64,000 nucleotides of DNA from a virus, in IMG/VR virus record IMGVR_UViG_3300025418_000011, one strand, 5' to 3'. Shown piece by piece: positions 18,776-27,726 of the stretch (positions within the stretch are counted from its first letter, which is position 1; the number at the start of each line of letters is the position of its first letter). The notes below the pieces were generated by a model, which was given only the letters and a program-made list of their open reading frames with translations, was not told the origin of the DNA and searched no databases. Made by a program: the position numbers and the translations under genes.

Positions 18776-19435
18776 ATGATCAAGAAATACGTAATCGATA
18801 TAGAGACAGAACCACTTGAAAAAGAAGAGCTTGCTCCGTTTGTTCCGGAGTTCAAGGCAGATAGCCGACTAAAGGATCCTGTTAAAATCGCAGAAGATCT
18901 TAAGTCCAAGGAAGTTAACTTCTACGAGAAGTCCACCTTGTCTGCACTAACATCTAAAGTATGTGCATTAGGCATCTGGGAAATTGGTAAAGAAGAGCCT
19001 GAACTGTATTGCGCTATGGCAGAAGAAAAGCTGATTAATATTTTCAGCGATCTTCTCACATTCAGCACAGACGCTAATGGTGCTTCTGGAAGAGCCTACG
19101 AGATAATCACATTTAACGGAAACAATTTTGATATTCCGTTTCTTTGCCGCAGAGGTCTGAAGTATGGTAATAACATGTTCACCAAGTTCTTCAGAACAGA
19201 TGGTGGCATTGGTTATGATTCCGGCCTTGTGGATCTAGCGGTTATGTGGGATTGTCGGCGCAAGGATTACACCAGCCTGAAAGAGTTGGCGTTACACCTT
19301 GGTGTGGGCGACAAACCAAAAGATGACAAGCTATTCTATCAGAAGTACTCAGAAAACCCAGAGGCCGCAAAAGATTATCTAAAGAATGATCTGATCCTCA
19401 CCAAGAAGATTGCGGAAAAGTGGGGCCTGGTATAA
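18776..19435 (+). CDS. DEDD 3'-5' exonuclease (PolB proofreading-like, stand-alone)
   Basis: VIDIETE, TFNGNNFDIPFL, YLKNDL motifs. Confidence 0.85.
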   Translation: MIKKYVIDIETEPLEKEELAPFVPEFKADSRLKDPVKIAEDLKSKEVNFYEKSTLSALTSKVCALGIWEIGKEEPELYCAMAEEKLINIFSDLLTFSTDANGASGRAYEIITFNGNNFDIPFLCRRGLKYGNNMFTKFFRTDGGIGYDSGLVDLAVMWDCRRKDYTSLKELALHLGVGDKPKDDKLFYQKYSENPEAAKDYLKNDLILTKKIAEKWGLV

Positions 19436-19881
19436 TGGGCATTATAAAAGAAATAAATAAAAAGTTATCCAGAGTTATTACGGGGGCAGCGATAAGCTGC
19501 CCCCTAGATAACGAGGAAGAGGGGGGAATAATACTCACCAAGAACGAAATTGATTTTGTTTTTGTTAAAGTAAAAAATCTCCATGCCGGTGAAGAAGTAG
19601 CCTATGGTCTTTATGTCACAGATCCTAAAGACTTTGGCGAGAAAGTTATATCTATGATAGGTAAGGGTTGGAATATGTATGCAAGCTTTCATACACATCC
19701 TCAATTCGCACCTACTCCTAGTCAGCTTGATTACGATAAATTATTCCAAGGATTCAAATATAATTACATATATTCTAAAAAACACAGAGCCTTTTCATTC
19801 TCTGAATGGTCACCACAAAAAGACCTTCATACATTTGTAATGGGTCTGGAAACACTACTACACATAACAAACAATGAATAA
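19435..19881 (+). CDS. JAB/MPN+ (JAMM) metalloprotease
   Basis: EEEGG plus HTH-PQFAPTP-S-QL-D, matching the ExnHxHx7Sx2D motif exactly. Confidence 0.9.
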   Translation: MGIIKEINKKLSRVITGAAISCPLDNEEEGGIILTKNEIDFVFVKVKNLHAGEEVAYGLYVTDPKDFGEKVISMIGKGWNMYASFHTHPQFAPTPSQLDYDKLFQGFKYNYIYSKKHRAFSFSEWSPQKDLHTFVMGLETLLHITNNE

Positions 19882-20470
19882 AATAAAGAAAATCGGAATT
19901 GCAGGTGCTGGCGGTATTGGTTCTAACTTATTGGCTATACTATTCGACTATGGATTTAATCGTAAGCAGTTCGATTACTCCAGTGTGGATGTTGATATCT
20001 ATGACGACGACACTGTGGATACCAGCAATCTTCTTCACCAAAACTACAAGATTGATGACGTTGGTCGCCCTAAAGTAAAAGTGCTAGAGGACAAATATGT
20101 GGTGAACGGCATTAATAAGTTCATGGATGAAAAGGACTTCAAGAAATATGATGTAATCTTCAGCTGCGTGGACAGTATGCAGTTCCGTAAAACCCTGTAT
20201 ACCTGGGGGTTTGAAAACAAGGACAAGGCTTTCTGGATAGATGGTCGTTGCACCAGCCGTCAAGGTGCTTTGTTTAATTCCAAGCTTCCAGAGGACGAGC
20301 TGAAGAAGTATATCAATGACGAGGAGATCCGGGGAGGTTGCTTGCTAAAGCACGAGAAAGAGTCAAACATCAGTCATACTCTTCCTACTGTTGTGGCAGG
20401 CATGATGGTTCAAACGTTCCTTAATTTCATAAGAGGAGAACGAACAGACAAGAAGCTGTTCATGATCTGA
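19874..20470 (+). CDS. ThiF/MoeB/E1-like adenylyltransferase
   Basis: GAGGIGS, DDDTVDTSNLLHQ, GRPKV, CVDS, WIDGR; candidate catalytic Cys in GGCL. Confidence 0.9.
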   Translation: MNKIKKIGIAGAGGIGSNLLAILFDYGFNRKQFDYSSVDVDIYDDDTVDTSNLLHQNYKIDDVGRPKVKVLEDKYVVNGINKFMDEKDFKKYDVIFSCVDSMQFRKTLYTWGFENKDKAFWIDGRCTSRQGALFNSKLPEDELKKYINDEEIRGGCLLKHEKESNISHTLPTVVAGMMVQTFLNFIRGERTDKKLFMI

Positions 20471-20790
20471 TGGATTATCAGGAAACAAACAAGCGCATCA
20501 TTGAAAATAAACTCAGGGAGTGCCTTGACAAGGTCTGCCAGAGACTACATATTCAAATAGATGAATGGAACATTGACGAAAAGCTCGCAGAGGCCATTAT
20601 TCGCGAGTGGAACAAAATTCCACTGGATTATTCTGGCTACCTGCGGTATTGGTTTAGTCAATATGACAACATATACGCAGTGGCAGAAGCCATGAGCACA
20701 AAACTAGGAGATCAGTACTTCCTTTTTACAAACCTGAACGAAGAAAATCCAACAAACATAAACAATAACCCACAAACAACACAAAATTAA
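20470..20790 (+). CDS. hypothetical protein
   Basis: ORF coupled to E1 stop (TGATG). Confidence 0.6.
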   Translation: MDYQETNKRIIENKLRECLDKVCQRLHIQIDEWNIDEKLAEAIIREWNKIPLDYSGYLRYWFSQYDNIYAVAEAMSTKLGDQYFLFTNLNEENPTNINNNPQTTQN

Positions 20791-20792
20791 TT

Positions 20793-21872
20793 ATGGCATA
20801 TATCAAACCTAGTCTTAAATTTGAGGGAGCTGAAACCGGCCAAGCCGTAAATACTGCTCCTTATATTCGTGAAAACGTAAGAAGGATGATCTTCAACAAA
20901 AACACCAATCAGCAAGGTGTTTATGTTTATTTCCTGAGCGGCTACAAGGCTGACTCTTTTGGTAATGGTGTATGGTACAAGTCTATCGACATCCGCGATA
21001 ATTTCGGGGATAAGTTCAAGGAGAAGTACTATGTTCCTAATCGTTATGAAGACCCTGCAGAGTATTTTGCAAATAATTACAAGGGTCTTGGTTATGCAGA
21101 TAACGATGAAGCAAACGCCACCGTTAATGTTAACGGCAAGCAGTTCAAGAAGTATCCGAACTTTGGTAGGATCACAAAGCGTCTGATCTTTAATGTTGTT
21201 TATGCTAATAACATTTCGGCGGGTGCTCATGTGCTGGATCTTCCTAGCTACAATGGTGCAAGCCAGATTCTTGAATGGATGGGCAAGCTGGATGTGTCCG
21301 GTAATCCTCGTCCTATGATCAATGATCCAGAGCGCGCACTCCCTGTGTTTATTCAGCTCAAGGAGAACAGCTCTAATCCTTGGTGCATTAATATCGAGAC
21401 ATCTCAGCCAGCTGTACTTCCTCCTGAACTCACGGAGTCAGAGAATCTGTATAACCTGGACGATGTATTGATTGTTAAGAGCAAGGAAGAAATCATTGCC
21501 AAGCTCAGGGATATGTATCCCGCTCAAATATTTGAGCATTGCATGGATGGTTTTCCTGGCCTTACTCGTAGTGCTCGCGTTCCTGGTATAGAGCGCACCT
21601 CAGGTGGAATTAATCCCCCTGTGGCGGCTCCTGTGGTTGCGCCAGCAGCCCCAGTTCAGGCTCCGGCAAGGATACAGCCAGTATTCTCTGGACCTATTCA
21701 GAAGGCCCAGATCGGTGCACCTATCAACACAGAAATTCCTTCTGCCCAGTCAAACCAGCAGGACCAGGTGTTTGCTGACCCAGGCGAAATCGACCTGAGC
21801 AAGCTTCCACCTAACCCTATGGCTAGACTTAATTCAAAAGAAGCAGCGGTAAACTTCCTATCTAGCAAATAA
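20793..21872 (+). CDS. putative single-stranded DNA-binding protein (gp32-like)
   Basis: Directly upstream of RecA; aromatic-rich core and Pro/Ala-rich tail; family not confirmed. Confidence 0.45.
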   Translation: MAYIKPSLKFEGAETGQAVNTAPYIRENVRRMIFNKNTNQQGVYVYFLSGYKADSFGNGVWYKSIDIRDNFGDKFKEKYYVPNRYEDPAEYFANNYKGLGYADNDEANATVNVNGKQFKKYPNFGRITKRLIFNVVYANNISAGAHVLDLPSYNGASQILEWMGKLDVSGNPRPMINDPERALPVFIQLKENSSNPWCINIETSQPAVLPPELTESENLYNLDDVLIVKSKEEIIAKLRDMYPAQIFEHCMDGFPGLTRSARVPGIERTSGGINPPVAAPVVAPAAPVQAPARIQPVFSGPIQKAQIGAPINTEIPSAQSNQQDQVFADPGEIDLSKLPPNPMARLNSKEAAVNFLSSK

Positions 21873-21879
21873 TTAAATC

Positions 21880-23070
21880 ATGGATATAGAAAAATTCCTG
21901 AACGGTATTAAGAAGGACTTTAAAAAGTCTTTCAAAGAAGAGGCTGAAAACCTAGAGCTGAACACAGTGGACAAGGAACTTCCTCCCACAGGAATTGTTC
22001 TAGATAATCCATTGATGGAGTATGTATTCGATCGTAGGTTTGTAGCCTACGGTCGATGCTACCTTATCTACGGAAAGAAGGGTTGTTCTAAGACCTCTTT
22101 TCTTTTCGAACTGGCTAAGGTCTTTCAGCGTCAAGGTGGTAAGTTTATATGGGTGGAAACAGAAAATGCTCCTGACTTCGACTATATGAAACGTCAGGGT
22201 GTTGATCCTGAGAATACCATATATCACAATCCAAAGTCGTTAGAAGAAGCCCTTACATTGATCAAGGTAATCATAGAGAACATTCCCAAGGCTGACCCTG
22301 AGGGCAAGATGCCTATCATGATTGCATTAGATTCTATTGCTGGTGCTGCTACCGACTATGAGCGTGAACAAGACACCATAGGAGACACCAAGGTTGGCGA
22401 GCATGCCAAACTTATGAGTGGATTCTACAGGCACATCATTCCTTATCTCGAGAGTGAGAAAGCTATTCTCGTGGTTACCAATCAGTTAAAAGAACAAATT
22501 GGTGGGATGACAGGGTTCGGTCAGGAAAAGCCAGAAGCCCTTATTGGTGGTGAAGCCCAAAGATTTAATTCTACCTACCAGTTTAAGGTAGCAAGAACTA
22601 AAGATATTGTGCTAGACGACCACGTAGGGGTTAAGCGCAAAGCCGGATCCACACATAGCCTGGTTGTAAAAAGAAACAAGCTTGGCCGAGAGGGGAATAG
22701 CCAAAAGGTAGAGTTTGATCTATACATCAACGGAGGTATTGATTGGTATACTCCATTGGTCAAACATCTAGGAGAAGTGTATACCTCTATCGTTGGAAAA
22801 ACAGGAGGATGGTATACCTGGAAAATTCCTGATATTAAATGGACTCCGCCGGATGGTGATGGCTCTGAAGTAGCTATCGATACAGATAAAAAATATCGTG
22901 ACCAAGATCTGGCTTACGTTATAATGAATAGTCCACAGGCAAAAGAGATTGTGAGAGAAGCATTTGGAATCCCAGATATGCCTGATCCGCAAACAGCTCA
23001 AGCCATCGAAGCTAAAAACAAGACCAGAAGAAAGAGAAAGTCTGATCTAGAAATAGATATGGAAAACTAA
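21880..23070 (+). CDS. recA: RecA/UvsX-like recombinase
   Basis: Walker A GKKGCSKT, Walker B IALDSIA, VTNQLKEQIG, GGEA motifs. Confidence 0.9.
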   Translation: MDIEKFLNGIKKDFKKSFKEEAENLELNTVDKELPPTGIVLDNPLMEYVFDRRFVAYGRCYLIYGKKGCSKTSFLFELAKVFQRQGGKFIWVETENAPDFDYMKRQGVDPENTIYHNPKSLEEALTLIKVIIENIPKADPEGKMPIMIALDSIAGAATDYEREQDTIGDTKVGEHAKLMSGFYRHIIPYLESEKAILVVTNQLKEQIGGMTGFGQEKPEALIGGEAQRFNSTYQFKVARTKDIVLDDHVGVKRKAGSTHSLVVKRNKLGREGNSQKVEFDLYINGGIDWYTPLVKHLGEVYTSIVGKTGGWYTWKIPDIKWTPPDGDGSEVAIDTDKKYRDQDLAYVIMNSPQAKEIVREAFGIPDMPDPQTAQAIEAKNKTRRKRKSDLEIDMEN

Positions 23071-23071
23071 A

Positions 23072-23257
23072 ATGACAGAGTATTTGGACAAACTGGCTAA
23101 GATAGCCCTGCTAATCAAAAAAATGGATTTGCCTGACTATCGAAAGTCAGTAAAACATAATGATGATTTACGTTGGCTGAAAAATAACCTCGAAACCAGG
23201 AATGGTAAGCATAAGAACTATGCAGAGGTTATGGCACTGATCAACGAAATGATCTAA
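23072..23257 (+). CDS. hypothetical protein
   Basis: 61-aa ORF following recA. Confidence 0.55.
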   Translation: MTEYLDKLAKIALLIKKMDLPDYRKSVKHNDDLRWLKNNLETRNGKHKNYAEVMALINEMI

Positions 23258-23293
23258 TCTTATAACCGGCAGACTAACCCACCTACATTATTA

Positions 23294-23794
23294 ATGCACT
23301 ATATAGGTATAGATAATGGCGTTACAAACAACGGAATAGGTGTGGTTAGTTCTGCTGGTGAAGGTTACTTGTTCAAACTGCCGGTTAAGAAAAACTTCTC
23401 TTATACAAAAAAAGAGAAAAAAATAACCAGGATCGACTATCCTAAGCTAGTGGAGACTTTTAATAAAATAAAAGATTTATTCCCGGGAGAGAAAATAGAA
23501 GCTGTGTTAGAACGCCCTATGGTGAACAGCACTAGATTCGCTGCTTCTATGAGTGCTATGCGGGCTGTGGAAGCCACGCAGATAGCTCTGGAAGCCTGTG
23601 ACATACCTTACTCTTTTATAGACTCAAAAGCCTGGCAGAGGGTATTGTTGTCCGCCGAAGCTAAAGGAGAAGAACTGAAGGCCGAGAGTCTAAAAGTAGG
23701 CAAAGAGCTTTTCCCTAAGCTACCTTTTAAAAAAGATGCTGACGGAATATTGATCGCTGAATACTCTAGACGAATGGCAAACCGAGTATTGTGA
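23294..23794 (+). CDS. RuvC-like Holliday junction resolvase
   Basis: IGIDNG, VLERP, KAWQ, DADGILIA RNase H-fold motifs. Confidence 0.85.
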   Translation: MHYIGIDNGVTNNGIGVVSSAGEGYLFKLPVKKNFSYTKKEKKITRIDYPKLVETFNKIKDLFPGEKIEAVLERPMVNSTRFAASMSAMRAVEATQIALEACDIPYSFIDSKAWQRVLLSAEAKGEELKAESLKVGKELFPKLPFKKDADGILIAEYSRRMANRVL

Positions 23795-23821
23795 AATACT
23801 CAAAACCCAAACACAAACACA

Positions 23822-24091
23822 ATGAAGAAAGCCAAGAAAAATTCAAATTGCAACGACACCAAAATAAAGCAAGAGATTAATTGCGCCATTCAGGAGCTCA
23901 TGGCTTCTGGAGACATCCCTAAAGTCAGGGGCAAGAAGCTTACTGTTACAGACGGTTCGGAGGTTCGCTCTATGGCCTCTAAGCTGGCCTGGTCCACTCG
24001 TCGTTTCAACGACCTTCTGGAGGATTACTCTGATCTTGTGGATAAATACCACGACCTCAAGCTCAGCGCAACCCTCGCAAAAGCTAAGTAA
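23822..24091 (+). CDS. hypothetical protein
   Basis: 89-aa ORF with C-ending codon bias, followed by a terminator. Confidence 0.65.
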   Translation: MKKAKKNSNCNDTKIKQEINCAIQELMASGDIPKVRGKKLTVTDGSEVRSMASKLAWSTRRFNDLLEDYSDLVDKYHDLKLSATLAKAK

Positions 24092-24115
24092 AACAATCCC
24101 AGAGATTGCCGAATG

Positions 24116-24156
24116 GGCCCACAGTGATTAATTTCGCTGTGGGCCTTAACTTTTTA
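24116..24156 (+). terminator. intrinsic terminator
   Basis: GGCCCACAGTGA / TCGCTGTGGGCC stem followed by TTAACTTTTT. Confidence 0.7.
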
Positions 24157-24169
24157 ATACCATGAATTA

Positions 24170-24922
24170 ATGCATTACGTACAACTTAACTTCCTAGGAA
24201 ACTATCTAAACAAATCAAATGATGAACAACTAAATTTATTTAATAAAGAATTATCTCCCACACAGAGCAAGAGAACGCCTACATATAGCAAGGTTGAAAA
24301 GTTTTTCTGCTCTCTGGATAGAGGTGAAATTAATAAATACACAGACTATTGGGAATCTGTGGCTCCCAAGACTAAGTCAGAAATGTTTCAACGCTGGTTG
24401 TTTGCATTTATGAGTGTGCACACTAGCTATAAATCTAATGTCACAGGATATAACGCAATCAAAGATTGGGAGGATTGGATATTGGATAAGCCAAAGCTAG
24501 GAAAGCTAATCCAGGATTCTGGAGTTGGGTTGCACAACAATAGGCTTAAATTCATATCCAGGTTTGCTGACGACTTCTGGGATAACTCTAAAGAATTCCT
24601 AAAGTCTCCTGATGAGAAGTGGACAGAGTACAGGGATAGGCTTATGGGTAGAGTGCTAGGTTTGGGACCTGCAAAAACTAGTTTTTCGCTAGAGATGTGC
24701 TTTCCTAACCAAGCATTCATCACCTGCCTGGACACTCATTTGTTTCAGGTTTACGGGTTAGATCAGGCAAAAGACATACGCCAATACGACAAGATAGAGA
24801 GCCATTGGCTAGATATGAGCAGAATGTGGAATATTCCGCCGTATATCGCCAGGTGTATCTTCTGGGATCGTAAGCAGGGTAAAGAAGACAGCAGATACTG
24901 GAGCTATGTACTCGAAAACTGA
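24170..24922 (+). CDS. HhH-GPD DNA glycosylase/lyase (Ogg-like)
   Basis: HhH motif LGLGPAKTSF and LDTHL with catalytic K and D positions. Confidence 0.7.
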   Translation: MHYVQLNFLGNYLNKSNDEQLNLFNKELSPTQSKRTPTYSKVEKFFCSLDRGEINKYTDYWESVAPKTKSEMFQRWLFAFMSVHTSYKSNVTGYNAIKDWEDWILDKPKLGKLIQDSGVGLHNNRLKFISRFADDFWDNSKEFLKSPDEKWTEYRDRLMGRVLGLGPAKTSFSLEMCFPNQAFITCLDTHLFQVYGLDQAKDIRQYDKIESHWLDMSRMWNIPPYIARCIFWDRKQGKEDSRYWSYVLEN

Positions 24923-25322
24923 GCTACCCCCAAAGGTACGGGTATATAGGAACCTCCATAAAAAACGTTGGAGTGTTCAACATAAAACAAAGAAAGGTTG
25001 GAGGGTGTGGAAACACACAGATGAAATAATTCTCGAGAACGCCGTACTCGATGTAAAAAATGCCGGCCGGGAACGTGTTATCTTCACAAAAAGAAAAAAC
25101 GTTCATGCCTTCGTTATAGGCGAACCTACATTCGTCCGTGGTTTGACGTTAAACTCACCGAGACCAAATTTTAAAAAAGAAATACCTATAACTTATAATC
25201 CTTATGACCATGCTACTTTTATAAATAAAAACACTAAAGAATATATATTTAACGCCAAAGAAATCTTGTTGTCCTTCTTACTAAACGAAGAAAATAAACC
25301 GGAAGTCTGGGCAAATCTATAA
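24906..25322 (+). CDS. conserved phage hypothetical protein
   Basis: KVRVYRNLHK...WSV...GRERV...KRKNVHAFV.G...ITYNPY pattern. Confidence 0.75.
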   Translation: MYSKTELPPKVRVYRNLHKKRWSVQHKTKKGWRVWKHTDEIILENAVLDVKNAGRERVIFTKRKNVHAFVIGEPTFVRGLTLNSPRPNFKKEIPITYNPYDHATFINKNTKEYIFNAKEILLSFLLNEENKPEVWANL

Positions 25323-25368
25323 AACTATTAGGCCATAGGGTCCGATCCCCTGGTGGTCTTAAATTAAT

Positions 25369-25914
25369 ATGCCACACAAAGATCCAAAAAAAAGAGCTGA
25401 GTACAGTAAAAAATACTATGAAGCTAATAAAGAAAAAAGAGATGAGCATGATAAAAAATACTATGAAGCTAACAAAGAAAAAATAGCTGCACGGAAGAAA
25501 AAACACTATGAAGCTAATAAAGCACAAATAACTGAGTGCAATAAAAAATATCGTGAAGCTAATAAAGTAGAACAAGCTGAGTATCATAAAAAATACAAAA
25601 AAGCTAATCCGGAGATAGTGGCTAGAAATAGACTAACAAGAAGAAATAAATTAAAAATAAGTGTAACTCAATCCCCTGAAGATAATTTAATCGTAAAGCA
25701 AATATACCTGTTAAGAGATAGGATAAACAAATGTGTTGGTATTCCAAGACTCATGCACGTAGACCATATAATTCCGGTATCAAGAGGCGGATCGCACACT
25801 CCAGGGAACCTGCAAATACTTCCAGCTAAGCTAAATCGTAAAAAAGGAGCAAAGTTAATAAATATATCAACTAATTTTCAAAATGAAAACACTAATACTG
25901 ATAATCCTGGTTAG
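25369..25914 (+). CDS. HNH homing endonuclease
   Basis: HVDHIIPVSRGGSHTPGNLQILPAKLNRKKG; N-terminal KKYYEANK repeats. Confidence 0.9.
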   Translation: MPHKDPKKRAEYSKKYYEANKEKRDEHDKKYYEANKEKIAARKKKHYEANKAQITECNKKYREANKVEQAEYHKKYKKANPEIVARNRLTRRNKLKISVTQSPEDNLIVKQIYLLRDRINKCVGIPRLMHVDHIIPVSRGGSHTPGNLQILPAKLNRKKGAKLINISTNFQNENTNTDNPG

Positions 25915-25996
25915 TCTTTTATCAGGCTGCTGGGCTATGAGTCCTCCAAGCGGGGTTGAAACAGGAGCGGCTCCTCTTTGGATGCCTAACAGATGA
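25883..25996 (+). CDS. small lipoprotein
   Basis: MKTLILIILVSLLSG-C lipobox; 37 aa, read manually. Confidence 0.5.
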   Translation: MKTLILIILVSLLSGCWAMSPPSGVETGAAPLWMPNR

Positions 25997-26142
25997 ATCA
26001 ATTAATATTCAACTATGTGATTATGTTGATGTATTTGATCAACGCAATCTGGTGGGGAGTTAAACTTAAATGGGCAGACTCCCTGTATTGGGTATTTGCA
26101 TTCGGTATAACCGCCTGCGTAACATGGGGCTATAAGAGATGA
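25993..26142 (+). CDS. small two-TM membrane protein
   Basis: 49-aa hydrophobic ORF; ATGA overlaps on both sides. Confidence 0.5.
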   Translation: MNQLIFNYVIMLMYLINAIWWGVKLKWADSLYWVFAFGITACVTWGYKR

Positions 26143-26295
26143 AAATACTTGAAAAGATAGACGATATCATAAATTTAATAACCATAGCTGTACTTGACCT
26201 CACTTTCAGAGAAAAGCACAGTTATCTAAAAAAAGAACAAAACCACAAAGAAACACAAATGAAAAACAAGGACACATATATCTGGGAGTTTTAAA

Positions 26296-26496
26296 ATGAA
26301 TATTTATCAACAAGACGATATTCCAGAGGCGGAATTCACGGTAAAGCCTCCAATCGCGCAGGTGGGGCCTAGATATATCTTTTCACCCACAGGAAATCCC
26401 AACGATTTTGCCATCGTGGTATTTTCCAGGCCTAACATAATAATCAGACTTCTTCAGAGGTTAATCCTTGGCTTCAGATACTACAGCGTAAAATAA
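26296..26496 (+). CDS. hypothetical protein
   Basis: ORF coupled to next start. Confidence 0.55.
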   Translation: MNIYQQDDIPEAEFTVKPPIAQVGPRYIFSPTGNPNDFAIVVFSRPNIIIRLLQRLILGFRYYSVK

Positions 26497-26951
26497 TGAA
26501 AAACTATATCACTGTTTGGAGAGATAAGGGACATACCAGGAAAAAAGTTCCAGGAGCAGATTTATGCGACGGATTACACTGGAGCGACGAGCGCTTGGTC
26601 TCCGGTGCTGAATATATTGTTAATATAAACCCATCACTCAGAACCGTGAGCGATAAGAAACAATTCTGCGCCAGTATTTCTGTGGGGCATAGAGCATATA
26701 CATACACAGGAAACATGTGGTATAGAGATCCACAAGATGGAACCAGATTACTGGGCAGAGATAGAAAAATATCCAGAGGATTGGTTTATGGTAGTGTTCA
26801 ACATGAGAATGACTTTGATATTCATGGTTATTCTGTTGTTGGTGTTCCTGTCTCAGAAGAAGTAATGCTAGGAGCTATGAGAGTTTTTCTTCTAGCAAGA
26901 ACAGAATTTACTAGTATATTTAGAGACGATGAAAACTTTGATAATCCCTGA
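26496..26951 (+). CDS. hypothetical protein
   Basis: 151-aa ORF. Confidence 0.6.
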   Translation: MKNYITVWRDKGHTRKKVPGADLCDGLHWSDERLVSGAEYIVNINPSLRTVSDKKQFCASISVGHRAYTYTGNMWYRDPQDGTRLLGRDRKISRGLVYGSVQHENDFDIHGYSVVGVPVSEEVMLGAMRVFLLARTEFTSIFRDDENFDNP

Positions 26952-27726
26952 TGTACACCAAAGAGTATATCAAGTAGAAAAGGCGCTTAATGGAGTAGAA
27001 TACGACAAGGTTGTTTTCTTGGGGGACTGGTTTGACTCCTTCTACCAACCTCCTCTTGTGTCTGGCTTCGAGGCTACTTGTATATTTTTAAGAGAATTAA
27101 TATCTTCTCACCCCAGGAGGGATGACTTCACTTTTCTTGTGGGTAATCATGATATTAATTATATTTTTAATAACACATCAGCCAGAGGACATAGGCATAT
27201 AAAGAACAATCATTACTACGCTTCTGGATACACTCAAAACAAGTGTGCGCATTTTAGAAAAACTTTTTTTGAGAATGGATTGAAGGATTCTTTCTTTATA
27301 GAGAATTTTAAAATCGCACACTTCGAGCAGGGGTGGCTGCTTTCGCATGCCGGTTTTATTCCTGAGAGTATACCTTACGGAAGAGATATAACTTGGCATG
27401 TGGATGTTTTGCTTCCTGATGTTTGGGAGAACTTCAGAAACATATACCACCCTAGAAATACAGCAATATGCTCTGTAGGAGTGGCTAGGGGAGGTAGAGA
27501 TGCCTTCGGCGGCCCCTTGTGGTTAGACTGGAATGATGAGATGTATGCTGACCCACTTGTGGGAAACCAGATAGTCGGTCACACAACATTGAGTCAGCCA
27601 GGTAATTATATACATGTAGGAGAGAACGAAAAAGAAACAGTATGCTGGAATCTTGACACATGCCTGCATTATGGAATATTGATTGATGGTGCATTCACTC
27701 ATCACAAATATTCTGAAATACCTTAA
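26929..27726 (+). CDS. calcineurin-like metallophosphoesterase
   Basis: PDVH, LGDWFD, GNHD, SHAG, GHT motifs. Confidence 0.9.
   Translation: MKTLIIPDVHQRVYQVEKALNGVEYDKVVFLGDWFDSFYQPPLVSGFEATCIFLRELISSHPRRDDFTFLVGNHDINYIFNNTSARGHRHIKNNHYYASGYTQNKCAHFRKTFFENGLKDSFFIENFKIAHFEQGWLLSHAGFIPESIPYGRDITWHVDVLLPDVWENFRNIYHPRNTAICSVGVARGGRDAFGGPLWLDWNDEMYADPLVGNQIVGHTTLSQPGNYIHVGENEKETVCWNLDTCLHYGILIDGAFTHHKYSEIP

Noticed and set aside
16124-20470. Ordinary thiamine or molybdopterin biosynthesis genes (thiS/thiF, moaD/moeB)
   Set aside because: No thiG, thiO, moaE or sulfurtransferase nearby; JAB is present, the GG is masked, and E1 lacks the zinc motifs. A sulfur relay is disfavoured but not fully excluded.
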